From assembly GCF_963921235.1 (NCBI RefSeq), contig NC_086097.1, positions 209,190,001-209,254,000 on the forward strand: 64,000 nt of DNA, written 5' to 3'. Of this stretch, positions 25,239-38,368 are shown one piece after another. This DNA comes from Mobula hypostoma (taxonomy: Eukaryota). The position numbers were made by a program, and so were the translations under genes. The stretch's first letter is position 1. Each line of letters opens with the position of its first letter. Below the pieces are notes generated by a model, which made no database searches, was not told the DNA's origin, and saw only the letters and a program-made list of their open reading frames with translations.

Positions 25239-25487
25239 TACCGCTTCCTAGAGATGCTGCTTGGCCTGCTGCGTTCACCAGCAACTTTTATGTGTGTTGC
25301 TTGAATTTCCTGCATCTGCAGAATTCCTGTTGTTTGCCCTTTGTTCAGGGATGGGTTTTCCTGTTTTACAGAAATGTCTTCTTTAACCCTTCTTTCAAAC
25401 CATCTATCCTCCCTGTCCAAAATCTGCACATTGTTATCATCAAAGGAGTGTCCATTGTCCTTTAAGTGTTAATATACAGCCACTCAC

Positions 25488-25905
25488 TAGAATTCAGAAT
25501 AATCAGGCGGGTGGGGGGAGGGGAGAGGAGAGGGGAGAGGGGATTCATTGAAAGGGTACGGCAGAGTAGATTTGGAGAACATGTTTCCTAATGTGTGGGA
25601 GTCTAAGACTAGAAGATACAACTTCAGAACAGAGAGACGTCCATTTAGAACGGAGATGAGGAATTTCCTTAGCCAGAGAGTGGTGATTCTGTGGCATTCA
25701 TTGCCACAGGCAGCTGTGGCAGTCGTGTCACTGGGTATATTAAAACAGAGGTTGATAGATTCTTGATTGGTCAGGGCATGAAGCGATACAGGAAGAAGGC
25801 TGGAGATCGGGACTGAGAGGAAAATTGGATCAGCCATGATGAAATGGTTGAGCAGACTCCATAGGCCAAATGTTCCAATTCTGCTCCTATATATTATGGT
25901 CTTAT
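25488..25905 (+). mobile_element. CR1 LINE 3' end
   Basis: ORF 25548..25766: FRTEMRNFLSQRVVILWHSLPQ; tail tctgctcctatatattatggtctta. Confidence 0.8.
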
Positions 25906-26869
25906 TTTGAAAAAAAACTTTGTTATTTGAGGCTTTCCTAACAGTTGTTTAGATTTTCAACTTTTTTCCCCTTTATTTTACTTTTTTTAAAATTGCTGTT
26001 CCAGCTTCTATAGAGGCACAGATCATTTTGTATGCAGTTAGATTTGTACGAACACCACTTCCTATTTTTTCAAATTTTTAATGCATTTCCTGCGAAGGAT
26101 AATTTAGATTATATTTTGAAACACACTGGAGAGACATCTACCTCCATTCTCTTTATTTTCCCTTGAAACAGTGATACGTTTTACAAGTAAGATCTCATTA
26201 AAAACCCTGAAGGAAGCATCGTCTTGAGTGATTTTTGAGAATGTGTTTAACTCGCTGCATAGCTCTGTACATATGCACTGCTAGGGCAGTAGAATGGAAA
26301 GATAACTGGTCTTCAAAGGCATCACTTGTGGACATGAGACGTGCTTGAACACCATACACCATAATGTCACTTCCGACCTGAGCAACATCGATTGTCAAGA
26401 TCTGGAAAAGAGGTCAGAATGTGGTGCATTAATTGCATCTTCACAAAGTTTGAACAAATCCACGATTATCGTAGCTGCAGCAAAACCCTCTGCTGGAGTT
26501 GAGGTGGCAAGAATAAGAGCGGCTTATGCTAAATGCGAAGATGAAACGGAAATGGGAAAAGCTCGCGTTGACATGGAGAGAGTCCACAAAGATTCATTAA
26601 ATCTGGTCAGTGAAGAACGTGAGGCTGAGGCGAGCTCAGCAATGGTGTATGAAGCAGCAGTTGACTTAGGCAGTGGTGAGTCTACAATCAGAATCAGTCA
26701 TGCTTTGCCGTCACGACAGCCAATGCAGCTCACTGAACGACATGTCCAAATGCATTTTGACAATAAAATAAGACAATGCTGCAGCGCTACAAGAAGAAAC
26801 TGTCCACATCACACAGACAACATGCCTTTTACATAGTCCAGGTATTGACAGTCAAGGTCTAAAGCAGCA

Positions 26870-27843
26870 AACATAGAAACATAGAAACATAGAAAGTAGG
26901 TGCAGGAGTAGGCCATTCGGCCCTTCGAGCCTGCACCACCATTCAGTATGATCATGGCTGATCACCCAACTCAGAACCCTGTACCTGCATTCTCTCCATA
27001 CCCCCTGATCCCTTTAGCCACAAGGGCCATATCTAACTCCCTCTTAATTATAGCCAATGAACTGGCCTCAACTGTTTCCTGTGGCAGAGAATTCCACAGA
27101 TTCACCACTCTCTGTGTGAAGAAGTTTTTCCTAATCTTGGTCCTAAAAGACTTCCCCTTTATCCTCAAACAGTGACCCCTCGTTCTGGACTTCCCTAACA
27201 TCGAGAACGATCTTCCTGCATCTAGCCTGTCCAATCCCTTTAGGATTTTATACGTTTCAATAAGATCCCCCCTCAATCTTCTAAATTCCAATGAGTATAA
27301 GCCTAGCCGATCCAGTCTTTCATCATATGGAAGTCCTACCATCCCAGGGATCAATCTGGTGAACCTTCTTTGTACTCCCTCTATGGCAAGAATGACTTTC
27401 CTCAGATTAGGGGACCAAAACTGCACACAATACTCCAGGTGTGGTCTCACCAAGGCCTTGTACAACTGCAGTAGTACCTCCCTGCTCCTGTACTCGAATC
27501 CTATCGCTATAAATGCCAGCATACTGTTCGACTTTTTCACCGCCTGCTGTACCTGCATGCCCACTTTCAATGACTGGTGTATAATGACACCCAGGTCTCT
27601 TAGCACCTCCTCTTTTCCTAATCGACCACCATTCAGATAATAATCTGTTTTCCTGTTTTTGCCACCAAAGTGGATAACCTCACATCTATCCACATTAAAT
27701 TGCATCTGCCATGAATTTGCCCACTCACCTAACCTATCCAAGTCACCCTGCATTCTCTTAGCATCCCCTTCACAGCTAACACTGCCGCCCAGCTTCGTGT
27801 CATCTGCAAACTTGGAGATGCTGCATTTAATTCCCTTGTCTAA
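26870..27843 (-). mobile_element. Young 5'-truncated CR1 LINE
   Basis: Uninterrupted 296-aa frame 26971..27861 (SKFADDTKLGG...RPHLEYCVQFWSP...VVNLWNSLP); (TTTCTATG)n tail. Confidence 0.92.
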
Positions 27844-27904
27844 GTCAAAGACCCACAACACCTGTTCTGTAGTTTCATCACAGCAAAAACTTCAGTACTG
27901 ATAC

Positions 27905-28800
27905 AGCCATAGGGTAGTACAGCAAAAAAAAAGGCTCTTCAGCCTATCTAGACAGTGCCAAACATTTAATCTGTCCATCGAGCTGCACCCAGAACATAGC
28001 CCGTCATATCCCCTGCCATTCATGTACCTATCCAAATTTCACTTACATGTTGTTGACTTTGACATTGACCCTGCAAATACCACTAGCACTGGCAGGTCAT
28101 TCCACACTCTCACCATCCTCTGAGTGAACAAGTTCCCCTTCATGTTCCCCTTAAACATTTCACTTTTCACCCTTAACCCATAATTCTAGTTCTAGTCTCA
28201 TCCAAACTCAGTAGAAAAAGCCTGCTAGCATTTACAGTCATAGAGTCATAGAAAAGTACAGCACAGAAACAGCTCATTTGGCCCTTCGAGTCCATGCCAA
28301 ACCATTTAAACTACCGAGTCCCCTTGATCTGCAGTGGGAACTTAGCCCTCTATACCTCTATAATCCGTGTACCAATCCAAACTTCTCTTAAACATTGAAA
28401 TCAGGCTTGCATGTACCACTTGTGCTGGCAGCTCATTCCACACTCTCAACACACTCTGAGTGAAGAAGTTTCCCTTCATGTGCTCTTTAAACTTTTCACC
28501 TTTCACTCTTAACCCTTGGCTTCTGGTTGTAGTCCCACCCAATCTCTGTGGAAAAGCCTGCTTGCATCTACCTTATCAATACACTTCATAATTTTGTATA
28601 CCTCAACCAAATCTCCACTTTATCTTCTATGTTCCAAGGAATAAAGTCCAAACGAATTTAATCTTTCAGGATAACTCAGGTCCTTCAGTCCCAGCAACAT
28701 CCTTGTAAATTTTTTTCTGTGCTCTTTCAACCTTATTTATATCTTTCCTGCAGGTAGGTGACCAAATCTGCGCACAAAACTCCAAATTAGACCTCACCAG
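27905..28800 (-). mobile_element. Two stacked CR1 3'-end fragments
   Basis: Two similar 3'UTR/ORF2-end units (27905-28235, 28236-28800); ORF 28342..28542 FFTQSVLRVWNELP. Confidence 0.75.
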
Positions 28801-28809
28801 CAGCTGATC

Positions 28810-31800
28810 TGTAACTTGGAGAACATGAATGTTTAAGCTAAACTAAATAATAGTGTGCGTGGTGGGGGGGGTCAACAGATTAGAGAAGTATGGATAAAGT
28901 AAAAGAGGAAAGTGTGGATAAAGAAAAAGCAAAAGATAAAAAAAAGAGAAAAATTCAAGAAAAGTCAGGTGCATAAGATAGAAAGATTACAAGATTTTAA
29001 AAGCACAATGAGTGTAAGGGCATTTTATCTGAATATCCGTAGTATTTGAAACAAGGTCAGCGAACTTATGGCTCAAATCAGTACAAGGGGATATTTAGTG
29101 GCCATTACAGAAATGGAGGGTGGAGAGGACTGGGAATTAAATATCCAAGGATATCAGGTAATACGGAAGAATAGGCAGGAAGGTAAGGGAGGTGGGGTAG
29201 CACTCTTAATTTAGGATGAGATCAGGGCGAGAGTGAGAGACGAGATAAGATCTAAGGAGCAGAATGTTGAAACCACCTGGGTAGAGATTAGGAATAGTAA
29301 AGGGAAAAAATCACTGGTGGGAGTTATCTATCATCCATGGAATAATAACATTACAGTGGCACAGGGAATAAACCGAGAAATATCTGAGACATGTACGAAT
29401 GAAATAGCAGTTATCATGAGGGACTTTAACTTGCACATAGATTGGGTGAATCAAGTTGGTCAAGTTAGTCTTGAGGAGGACTTCATAGAATGCATCTGTG
29501 ATGGCTTTCTTGAACAGCATATTACTGAACCTACAAAGGAATGTGCTATCTTAGATCTGCTCCTGTGCAATGAGACAGGTAAAATTAGTGATCTTGTACA
29601 AATGGGTAATTAGGGATCCTCTTGGAAAGAGTGATCACAGTGTGACTGAATTTTTCATACAAATGGAGGTGCAATATTTCAATCTAAAACCAATGTGTTA
29701 TGCCTAAACAACGGAGACTACAATGGGATGAAGGAGGATTTGGCTAGTGTAGACTGGGAACACAGGCTATGTGGTGGGACAGTGGAAGACTTTCAAAGAG
29801 ATTTTTCAAGGTGCTCAACAAAAGTATATTCCAGTTAAAGCTGCAGTAGCCGGATCTCTGGCACTGAGTCTGGCTCTGCAGTGCAGAAGGGAGGGTGGAA
29901 AAAGAGGAGAGCGGTAGTGATAGGGGACTCGATAGTTAGAGGTACAGATAGGATGTTCTGTGGTCGTGACAGAGAATCCAGGATGGTTTGTTGCCTCCCG
30001 GGTGCCAGGGTCAATGATGTCTCTGATCGATTGCATGACATTCTGAAGTGGGAGGGTGATCAGCCAGATGTCGTGGTGCACATCGGTACCAATGACAGAG
30101 CAAGGAAGAGTGAGGAGGTCCTGGAGAGTGAGTATAGAGAGCTTGGTAGGAAGTTGAAAAGCAGGATCCTAAGGGTGGTAATCTCAGGATTGCTACCTGT
30201 GCTACGTGCCAGTGAGGGTAGGAATAGGATGCTCTGGAGGATGAACAAGTGGCCGAGGATTTGGTGTAGGGGGCAGGGTTTCAGATTTCAGGATCATTGG
30301 GACCTCTTCTGGGGCAGGTGGGACCTGTACAAGAGAGACGGGTTACACTTGAACTACAGGGGGACCAATATCCTTTCAGGAGGTTTGTTAGTGCTATTGG
30401 GGAGGGTTTAAACTAGATTTGCAGGGGGATGGGAACCAGAGTGCCAGAGCTGACAGTGTGGCTGGGGTGAAAATAAATGATGTTAAAAGTTCAAGCAAAT
30501 CCACTAATAGAAAGGTTGTGAGTGGTGGTAAAAATCTTCTGAGGTGTATATATTTCAATGCTAGGAGTATTGCGGGGAAGGCGAATGAGATGAGGGCGTG
30601 GATTGACACGTGGAATTATGACGATATAGCAATTAGTGAAACTTGGCTACAGGAGGGGCAGGACTGGCAGCTTAATATTCCAGGGTTCCGATGTTTCAGA
30701 TGTGATCGAGGCAGAGGATTGTAAGGTGGGGGAGTAGCATTGCTTGTTGGGGAAAATATTACAGCAGTGCTCAGGCAGGACAGATTAGAGGGCTTGTCTA
30801 CTGAGTCCTTATGGGTGGAGCTGAGGAACAGGAAAGGTATGGCCACATTAGTGGGATTGTATTACAGACCACCCGATAGTCAACGAGAATTGGAAGAGCA
30901 AATCTGCAGAGAGATAACAGGCAACTACAGGAAACATAAAGTTGTGGTGGTAGGGGATTTTAATTTTCCGTATATTGATTGGGACTCCCATACTGTTAGG
31001 GGTCTACATGGTTTAGAGTTTGTAAAATGTGTTCAGGAAAGTTTTCTAAATCAATATATAGAGGGACCAACTAGAGGGGATGCAATATTGGATCTCCTGT
31101 TAGGAAACGAGTTCGGACAAGTGACGGACGTCTGTGTAGGGGGGCACTTTGGTTCCAGTGATCATAACACCATTAGTTTAAACTTGATCATGGACAAGGA
31201 TAGATCTGGCCCTAGGGTTGAGGTTCTGAACTGGAAGAAGGCCAAATTTGAAGAAATGAGAAGGGATCTAAAAAACATGGATTGGGACAGGTTGTTCTCT
31301 GGCAAAGATGTGATCGGTAGGTGGGAAGCCTTCAAAGGAGATATTTTGAGAGTGCAGAGTTTGTATGTTCCTGTCAGTATTAAAGGCAAAGTGAATAGGA
31401 ACAAGGAACCTTGGTTCTCAAGGGATATTGCAACTCTGATAAAGAAGAAGAGGGAGTTGTATGACATATATAGGAAGCAGGGAGTAAATAAGGTGCTTGA
31501 GGAGTATAAGAAGTGCAAGAAAATACTTAAGAAAGAAATCAGGAGGGTTAAAAGAAGACATGAGGTTGCCTTGGCAGTCAAAGTGAAGGATAATCCAAAG
31601 AGCTTTTACAGGTAATATTAAGAGCAAAAGGGTTGTAAGGGATTAAATTGGTCCTCTTGAAGATCGGAGTGGTCGGCTATGTGCGGAACCAAAGGAAATG
31701 GGGGAGATCTTAAATAGGTTTTTTGCATCTGTATTTACTAAGGAAACTAGCATGAAGTCTATGGAATTAAGGGAATCTAGTAATGAGATCATGGAAACTG

Positions 31801-34800
31801 TACAGATCGAAAAGGAGGAGGTCCTTGCTGTCTTGAGAAAAATTAAAGTGGATAAATTCCCAGGGACCTGACAGGGTGTTCCCTCGGACCTTGAAGGAGA
31901 CTAGCGTTGAAATTGCAGGGGCCCTGGCAGAAATATTTAAAATGTCGCTGTCTACAGGTAAGGTGCCGGATGATTGGAGAGTGGCTCATGTTGTTCCGTT
32001 GTTTAAAAAAGGACCAAAAAGTAATCCGGGAAGTTATAGGCCAGTAAGTTTAACGTCGGTAGTAGGTAAGTTATTGGAGGGAGTACTAAGAGACAGAATC
32101 TAGAAGCATTTGGATAGACAGGGACTTATTAGGGAGAGTTTGTGCTTTGTGCATGGTCAGTCATGTTTGACCAATCTATTGGAGTTTTTCGAGGCGGTTA
32201 CCAGGAAAGTGGATGAAGGGAAGCCAGTGGATATTGTATACATGGACTTCAGTAAGGTCTTTGACAAGGTCCCGCATGGGAGGTTAGTTAGGAAAATTCA
32301 GTCGCTAGGTATACATGGAGAGGTGGTAAATTGGATTAGACATTGGCTCAATGGAAGACGCCAAGGAGTGGTAGTAGAGAATTTCTTCTCCGAGTGGAGG
32401 TCTGTGACTAGTGGTGTGCCACAGGGATCAGTGCTGGGTCCATTGTTATTTGTCATCTATATCAATGATCTGGAGGATAATGTGGTAAATTGGATCAGCA
32501 AGTTTGCTGATGATACAAAGATTGGAGGTGTGGTGGACAGTGAGGAAGGTTTTCAGAGCCTGCAGAGGGACTTGGACCAGCTGGAAAAATGGGCTGAAAA
32601 ATGGTAGATGGAGTTTAATACAGACAAGTGTGAGGTATTGCACGTTGGAAGGACAAACCAAGGTAGAACATACAGGGTTAACGGTAAGGCACTGAGGAGT
32701 GCAGTGGAACAGAGGGATCTGGGAATACAGATACAAAATTCCCTAAAAGTGGCATCACAGGTAGATAGGGTCATAAAGAGAGCTTTTGGTACATTGGCCT
32801 TTATTAATCAAAGTATTGAGTATAAGAGCTGGAATGTTATGATGAAGTTGTATAAGGCATTGGTGAGGTCGAATCTGGAGTATTGTGTTCAGTTTTGGTC
32901 ACCAAATTACAGGAAGGATATAAATAAGGTTGAAAGAGTGCAGAGAAGGTTTACAAGGATGTTGCCAGGACTTGAGAAACTCAGTTACAGAGAAAGGTTG
33001 AATAGGTTAGGACTTTATTCCCTGGAGCGTAGAAGAATGAGGGGAGATTTGATAGAGGTATATAAAATTATGATGGGTATAGATGAGTGAATGCAAGCAG
33101 GCTTTTTCCACTGAGGTAAGGGGAGAATAAAACCAGAGGACATGGGTTAAGGGTGAGGGGGGAAAAGTTTAAAGGGAACATTAGGGGGGGCTTCTTCACA
33201 CACAGAGTGGTGGGAGTATGGAATGAACTGCCAGACGAGGTGGTAAATGTGGGTTCTTTTTTAACATTTAAGAATAAATTGGACAGATGGGAGGTGTATG
33301 GAGGGATATGTTCCGTGTGCAGGTCAGTGGGACTAGGCAGAAAATGGTTTGACACAGCCAAGAAGGGCCAAAAGGCCTGTTTCTTTGCTGTAGTTTCTAT
33401 GGTTTCTATGAAGACAGTAAGGGTGGGGAGAGCCAGCCTTGGATAACTAAGGAAATAAAAGGAGGCATCAAACTAAATGCTGATGCATGCAAAGTCGCCA
33501 AGAGTAGTGAGAAACTGGAAGATTGAGAAAACTTTAAAAAGCAACGAAGTACCAAAGCGAGCAATAAAGAAAAAGAAGCTACATTATGAATATAAACTAG
33601 CACAAAATATAAAAACTGAAAGTAACAGTTTTTATAAATATATAAAGCAGAAGAGTGTGGCTAAAGTGAACTTAGGTCCTTGGAGGATGAGAAGGGGAAT
33701 TGATATTGGGTAATGAGGAAATGGCAGAGGCTTTGAATGACTTTTTATCAGTCTTCACAGTGGAGGACACAAGGAGAGATGTTATGGATGCATTGGGAGG
33801 TGAGGAACTCAATACAATAGCTGTCATTAAAGAGGTAGTACTGAGCAAACTAATGGGCCTGAAGATAGATAAGTCCCATGGTCTTGATGGAATGCATCCC
33901 AGGGTACTGAAATTAATGGCAGAAGTTATAGTAGAGGCTTTTGTGATAATTTCCAAAAATTCTCTGGATTCTGGACAGGTACTGGCAGATTGGAAGATGG
34001 CGAATGTCATGCCACTGCTCAAAAAAGGATGTAGGCAAAAGGCAGGTAACTATAGGCCAGTTAGATTAACATCTGTAGTTGGGAAAATGCTTGTAGCTTT
34101 TATTAAAGAAGAAATAGCGAGGCATCTGGAAAGAAATGGATCCATCAGGTGGACACAGCATGGACTCAGCAAAGGCAGGACCTGTTTGACAAACTTATTG
34201 GAGTTCTTTGAGGACATAATGAGCGCAGTTGATAGAGGGAAACAGATGGATGTTATTTACTTGGATTTCCAGAAGGCGTTCAATAAGGTGCCACATAAAA
34301 GACATCCATAAAATAGGGATGCATAGAGATGGGGGTGATGTATTAGCATGGATAAAGAGTTGGTTAACCAATAGAAAGCAGAGAGTTAGGATACATGGGT
34401 GTTACTCTGGTTGGCAATCAGTGGTGAGTGGTGTGCTACAGGGGTCAGTGCTGGGCCCACAACTGTTCACGATATACATTAACCATCTGGAAGAGGGGAC
34501 CAAGTGTAGTGTATCTAAGTTTGCTGATGATACTAAACTGAGTGGAAAAGCAAATTGTGCAGAAGATACGGAGAGTCTGCAGAAAGATATAGATAGGTTA
34601 AGTGAGCGGGCAAGGGTTTGGCAGATGGAATACCAAGTTGGTAAATGTGAGGTCATAACCAATGGAAGGAAAAATGGAAGAACAGATTATTACTTAAATG
34701 ATAAAAAATTGCAGCCTGCTTCTGTGCAGAGGGACTTGGGAGTGCTTGTACATGAATTGCAAAATGTTGGTTTGCAGGTGCAGTAGGCTGTCAAGAAGGC

Positions 34801-35441
34801 AAATGAAATGTTGGCCTTCATTGCCAGAGGGATTGAATTTAAGAGCAGGGAGGTTATTCTGCAACTGTACAAGGTATTGGTGAGGCCGCATCTGGAGTAC
34901 TGCATGCAGTTCTGGTCTCCTTTCTTGAGGAAGGATATACTGGTTTCGGAGGCGGTGCAGAGGATGTTCACCAGAGGTAACTCCAGAGATGAGGGGTTTA
35001 GACTATGAGGAGAGATTGAGTTGCCTGGGACTGTACTCGCTGGAATTCACAAGAATGAGAGGAGATCTTATAGAAACATATACAATTATGAAAGGGATAG
35101 ATCAGATAGAGGCAGTAAAGTTGTTTCCACTGGTAGGTGAGACTGGAACTAGGGGATATAGCCTCAAGACTCAGGGGAGTAGATTTAGGACAGAGATGGG
35201 GAGGAACTGCTTTTCTCAGAGGGTGGTGAATCTGTGGAATTCTCTACCCAATGAAGCAGTAAATATATTTAAGATGAGGTTGGTTAGATTTTTGCATAGT
35301 AGGGGAAATAAGGGTTATGGAAAAAGGGCAGGGAGGTGGAGATGATTCCATGGCTATATCTGCCATGACCTTATTGAATGGTGGGGCAGGCTCAACGGGC
35401 CAGATGGCCTACTCCTGCTCCTATTTCTTATGTTCTTATGT
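28810..35441 (+). mobile_element. CR1 LINE ORF2 (EN-RT-3'UTR), split by a nested CR1
   Basis: EN at 29000-29840 (…QQKYIPVK) resumes at 33411 (KDSKGGESQPWIT). RT ORFs 33700..35345; tail tttcttatgttcttatgt. Confidence 0.85.
29841..33410 (+). mobile_element. Near full-length CR1 LINE with SGNH-esterase ORF1 and disrupted EN-RT ORF2
   Basis: ORF 29881..30411 has GDSIVRG, HIGTND, DGLHLN. ORF2 pieces 30419..33090 have YFNARS, GDFN, SDHN, PQGSVLGP, FADD. Tail (tttctatgg)n. Confidence 0.92.
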
Positions 35442-35856
35442 TTGGTCAAATTTTTACTGTTTGAAAGTAAATGATTGATATACTTATTCACAGTCAGTGT
35501 TCTCTGTCTCACTTGCCTGACCCGCAAACCTGATTCAATGTTACAACCACCCAGAGAAACCTTCACAAATACAAATTATCTTTGATTTAAGTGTGTATTT
35601 CAAAGGTGTATCACTGAACAACGTGCTCTTGTGGGGTCCAGACCTCAATAACAGCCTGCTTGGTGTCCTCAGTGCTTCAGAACTGAGTCCATCGCAGTGA
35701 TGGCAGACATCAAACAAATATTCCACAGCTCCCCAGTGAGAGAGCATCATCGAGACTATCTCAGATTCTTGCGGTTTTGTGACCACCAACTGGACAGCAA
35801 GATTCTGAAGTGCCACATGAGAATTCATGTATTTTGTAACTGTACTTCACCAGATA

Positions 35857-36775
35857 TTAGACCATAAGATATAGGAGCAGAATTAGGTTATTTGGCCCAT
35901 CGCATCTGCTGTGCCATTTCATCATGGAAGATTCATTTTTCCTCTCAGCACTGATCTCCAGCTTTCTGCACACCCCCCCCACAACATATCTCTTTATGCC
36001 CTGACCAACAAAAAGCTATCACCCTTTGCCTTAAACATACAAACAGACTTGGCCTTCACAACTGCCTGTGGTAATGAATTCCACAGGTTCACTATCTCTG
36101 GCTAAAGAAATTTTTCCTCATCTCCACTCCAGAAGGACACCTTTCTATTCTGAGGCTGTATCCTCTAGTCTTGGACTCTCTCACAATAGGAAACACCCTT
36201 TCCACATCCAGTCTATCAAGGCCTTTCACCATTTGATAGGTTTCAATGAGGTCACCCCTTATTTTTCTGAACTCCAGTGATTACAGGCCCAGAGCCATCA
36301 AACACTCTTCATATAACGAACTGTGCAAATGTGAAATCATTTTTGTGAACCTCCTTTGAACCCTGTTCTGTTTCAGCACATTCTTTCTAAAATAAGGGTC
36401 TCAACACTGCTCACAATTTACAAAGCACTGGTGAGGCCTCACTTAGAGAATTTCAAGTGGACTAGGATGTAATGCTGACGTTGCACTTGCCTTCCTCACC
36501 ACAGACTCAGCCTGCAAATTAACCTTTAGGGAATCCTGCACAAGGACTCCCAAGTCCCTTTCTACCTCAGTTTTTTGTATTTTCTCTCCATTTAGAAAAT
36601 AGTCATCCCTTTCATTTCTTCTTCCTAATCTGTCTAAGTCGTTCTGCAGCCTCTCTACTTCCTCAAACTTTCTGCCCCTCCAGCTATCTTCATATTATCT
36701 GTAAACTTTTCAACAAAGCCGTCAACTCCATCATCCAAATTATTGACATATAACAAAAAGAACCAGTCCCAATAG
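35857..36775 (-). mobile_element. 5'-truncated degenerate CR1 LINE
   Basis: Closely similar to 14551-15506, including the same 3' tail. Confidence 0.8.
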
Positions 36776-36823
36776 AGAACCCTTCAGATGCCTTTAGAGG
36801 ACAGCTATCGAGGAAGTGGAGCT

Positions 36824-36971
36824 CCCCCTCCCCCTCCCACTTTCAAACCTCTTACTAACTCTTCCTTCAGTTAGTCATGACGAAGGGTCTCGGCCTGAAA
36901 CGTCGACTGTACTTCTTCCTAGAGAGGCTGCCTGGCCTGCTGCGTTCACCAGCAACTTTGATGTGTGTTGC
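36824..36971 (+). mobile_element. PLE family B solo pLTR fragment with mutated hammerhead
   Basis: Matches 47056-47205; the core reads ATGACGA (C3 changed to A at 36877). Confidence 0.8.
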
Positions 36972-38291
36972 TAGATGATACCAAGTCTTTTACTGGCAGC
37001 ATGATTGTAGTCAATTACATATTTAATGAAACAAGAAGATTCTATGTTTATATATATAATAGGGTACAACGCATTTAAAAAGAGTCAATGGAACTATGCT
37101 CTTACTGATCTCAAGCCAGCTGATCATGCACAGCAGGGCTCCAAGCTAATTTATTCACCCTCTCCTCATGGTTAACTGGCCCAGCATTTCTTACTGTTCC
37201 CCACCAGGAACATCCTCAAGGCCCGCATTTTCAAAGTGAGAATGGTTAAAGACTGTGCAGTAAGGTTGCTTTCAATACCAGTCTCCGACACTATCCTTAT
37301 TTTGCCAAAAACTTCAGAAAATGATTATTTGACTTTTGTTTCAGTAGTTAGGCCTGATATCCTATGGATCCCAGACGGGGAGAACTCTGGCCACTAGAGG
37401 CGTAGTTTGTTTTGCACGAACGTCACTTCCTGTGTGTAAGCTGTTTTTAATATCATTTCTTGTGTGGGTTAATTTGGATTTTGTTTTGAAGCATGCAGTG
37501 TAAAGATGTCCACCTCCATCCTCTCTTTACTTGCCCTTGAAACAGCAATATCTTTTCACAAGCAAGACCTTGTTAAAAACCCTGAAGTAAGCGCTTCTGT
37601 CTCTGGTGATTTTTGAGAAGGTGTTTAACTCACTGCATAGCTTTGCACATAGAAACTGCGAGGGCAGTAAAATCATATATCCAATTATCTAGTTTACCAT
37701 ATTGCTCTGAAATTCATTTGTTCACAATTTTACCTCATATAGGTGAACTTAAAAATGTATTAAATTAATCAAGTTTGATTTTGTTGAAACATATTTAGTT
37801 TTAGTCACCTCAGTGAATTCCATTTTTGTGCATTCATGTGCTTTCTAAAAATAGTTCAATTTATCTTACATTCAATTAAAGATTATTTATGATATGTGAA
37901 ATTTTCAGTCATTCATTAAGTTGTGATGCTTTATTTTTGAATAATATTATCCTGCTTTAATCTTACCTTCCTGACAATAACTGAAGATTAGATTTAAAAA
38001 CCTAAGATCTAAAAACATAAATATTTTTGGAAGAAGTGTTATAAATCATCCATAACAGTTATGAATCAACCTCTTTCCACCTATCCTTGTTTTGTCCATG
38101 GATCTAGTACTTGGTGGTAGAGGGGGAGGAAAGAAACACTGAATGTGTGACAGACATGTGATGTCCTAGTCTTAGTATTTTTTTTTAACAACTTCACAGT
38201 TTACAAGCTGAACTGAGCCAAATATTTTTCAGCCAGACATATATTTTGACACATTGCAAACAGCATGCTTTATCTAATTTTCTCTTGGCAG

Positions 38292-38368
38292 ATGGCTGGA
38301 TCAGGGAGAAGAGGATGGTAAAATTGCACGGGAACTTTACGTTGCTGATAACTTTACCTTTCCGGCAA
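38292..38368 (+). CDS. RP1: Host gene exon 5: end of PLAT (RWLDQGEEDGKIARELYVADNFTFPA)
   Basis: Acceptor ctcttggcag|A and donor GCAA|gtaagt; 77 nt, phase 2 to 1. PLAT end motif RWL...EDG.I.REL. Confidence 0.92.

Larger units (their letters stand above)
23830..25336 (-). mobile_element. Penelope-like element family B (Neptune-like), 5'-truncated with inverted pseudo-LTR
   Basis: GIY-YIG ORF 24203..24529 (GVIYCVRCSRCGLLYIGET...RFAEH) and Cys linker PCKRNKCYTC. pLTR on the - strand at 23830-24200, inverted copy at 25051-25336. TSD CCCT(C/T)TGTTCAGG at 23817-23829 and 25337-25349. Confidence 0.9.
22095..25483 (-). mobile_element. Penelope-like element family A (GIY-YIG C-terminus plus pLTR), split by two insertions
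   Basis: Removing 22374-23793 and 23830-25349 rejoins HLKDNGHSFDDNNVQILDREDRWFERRVKEDISVKQENPSLN...HHLSATYNAV, followed by a pLTR with hammerhead and the end motif acctggatgactgagaac. Confidence 0.8.
25997..37675 (+). mobile_element. Decayed, internally deleted BEL/Pao LTR retrotransposon hosting nested CR1/PLE copies
   Basis: Diverged direct repeats at about 25997-26293 and 37383-37675 (shared cccttgaaacag, aaaaaccctgaag, gtgatttttgagaa, gtgtttaactcRctgcatagct). Gag-like coiled-coil ORF 26345..26836. Pao RT remnant GVSLNNVLLWGPDLNNSLLGVL...VMADIKQIFHS near 35600-35730. PPT-like gacggggag at 37374-37382. Confidence 0.75.

Noticed and set aside
26345..26836. 163-aa ORF as a host coiled-coil gene
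   Set aside because: Immediately follows an LTR and resembles the N-terminus of BEL/Pao gag; treated as part of the retrotransposon.
3673..38368. Calling the PLAT exons LOXHD1 or a lipoxygenase/polycystin
   Set aside because: The PLAT repeats splice in frame into an FGF-like trefoil, which LOXHD1 lacks, and no lipoxygenase catalytic or transmembrane exons were seen. RP1 is preferred but unconfirmed.
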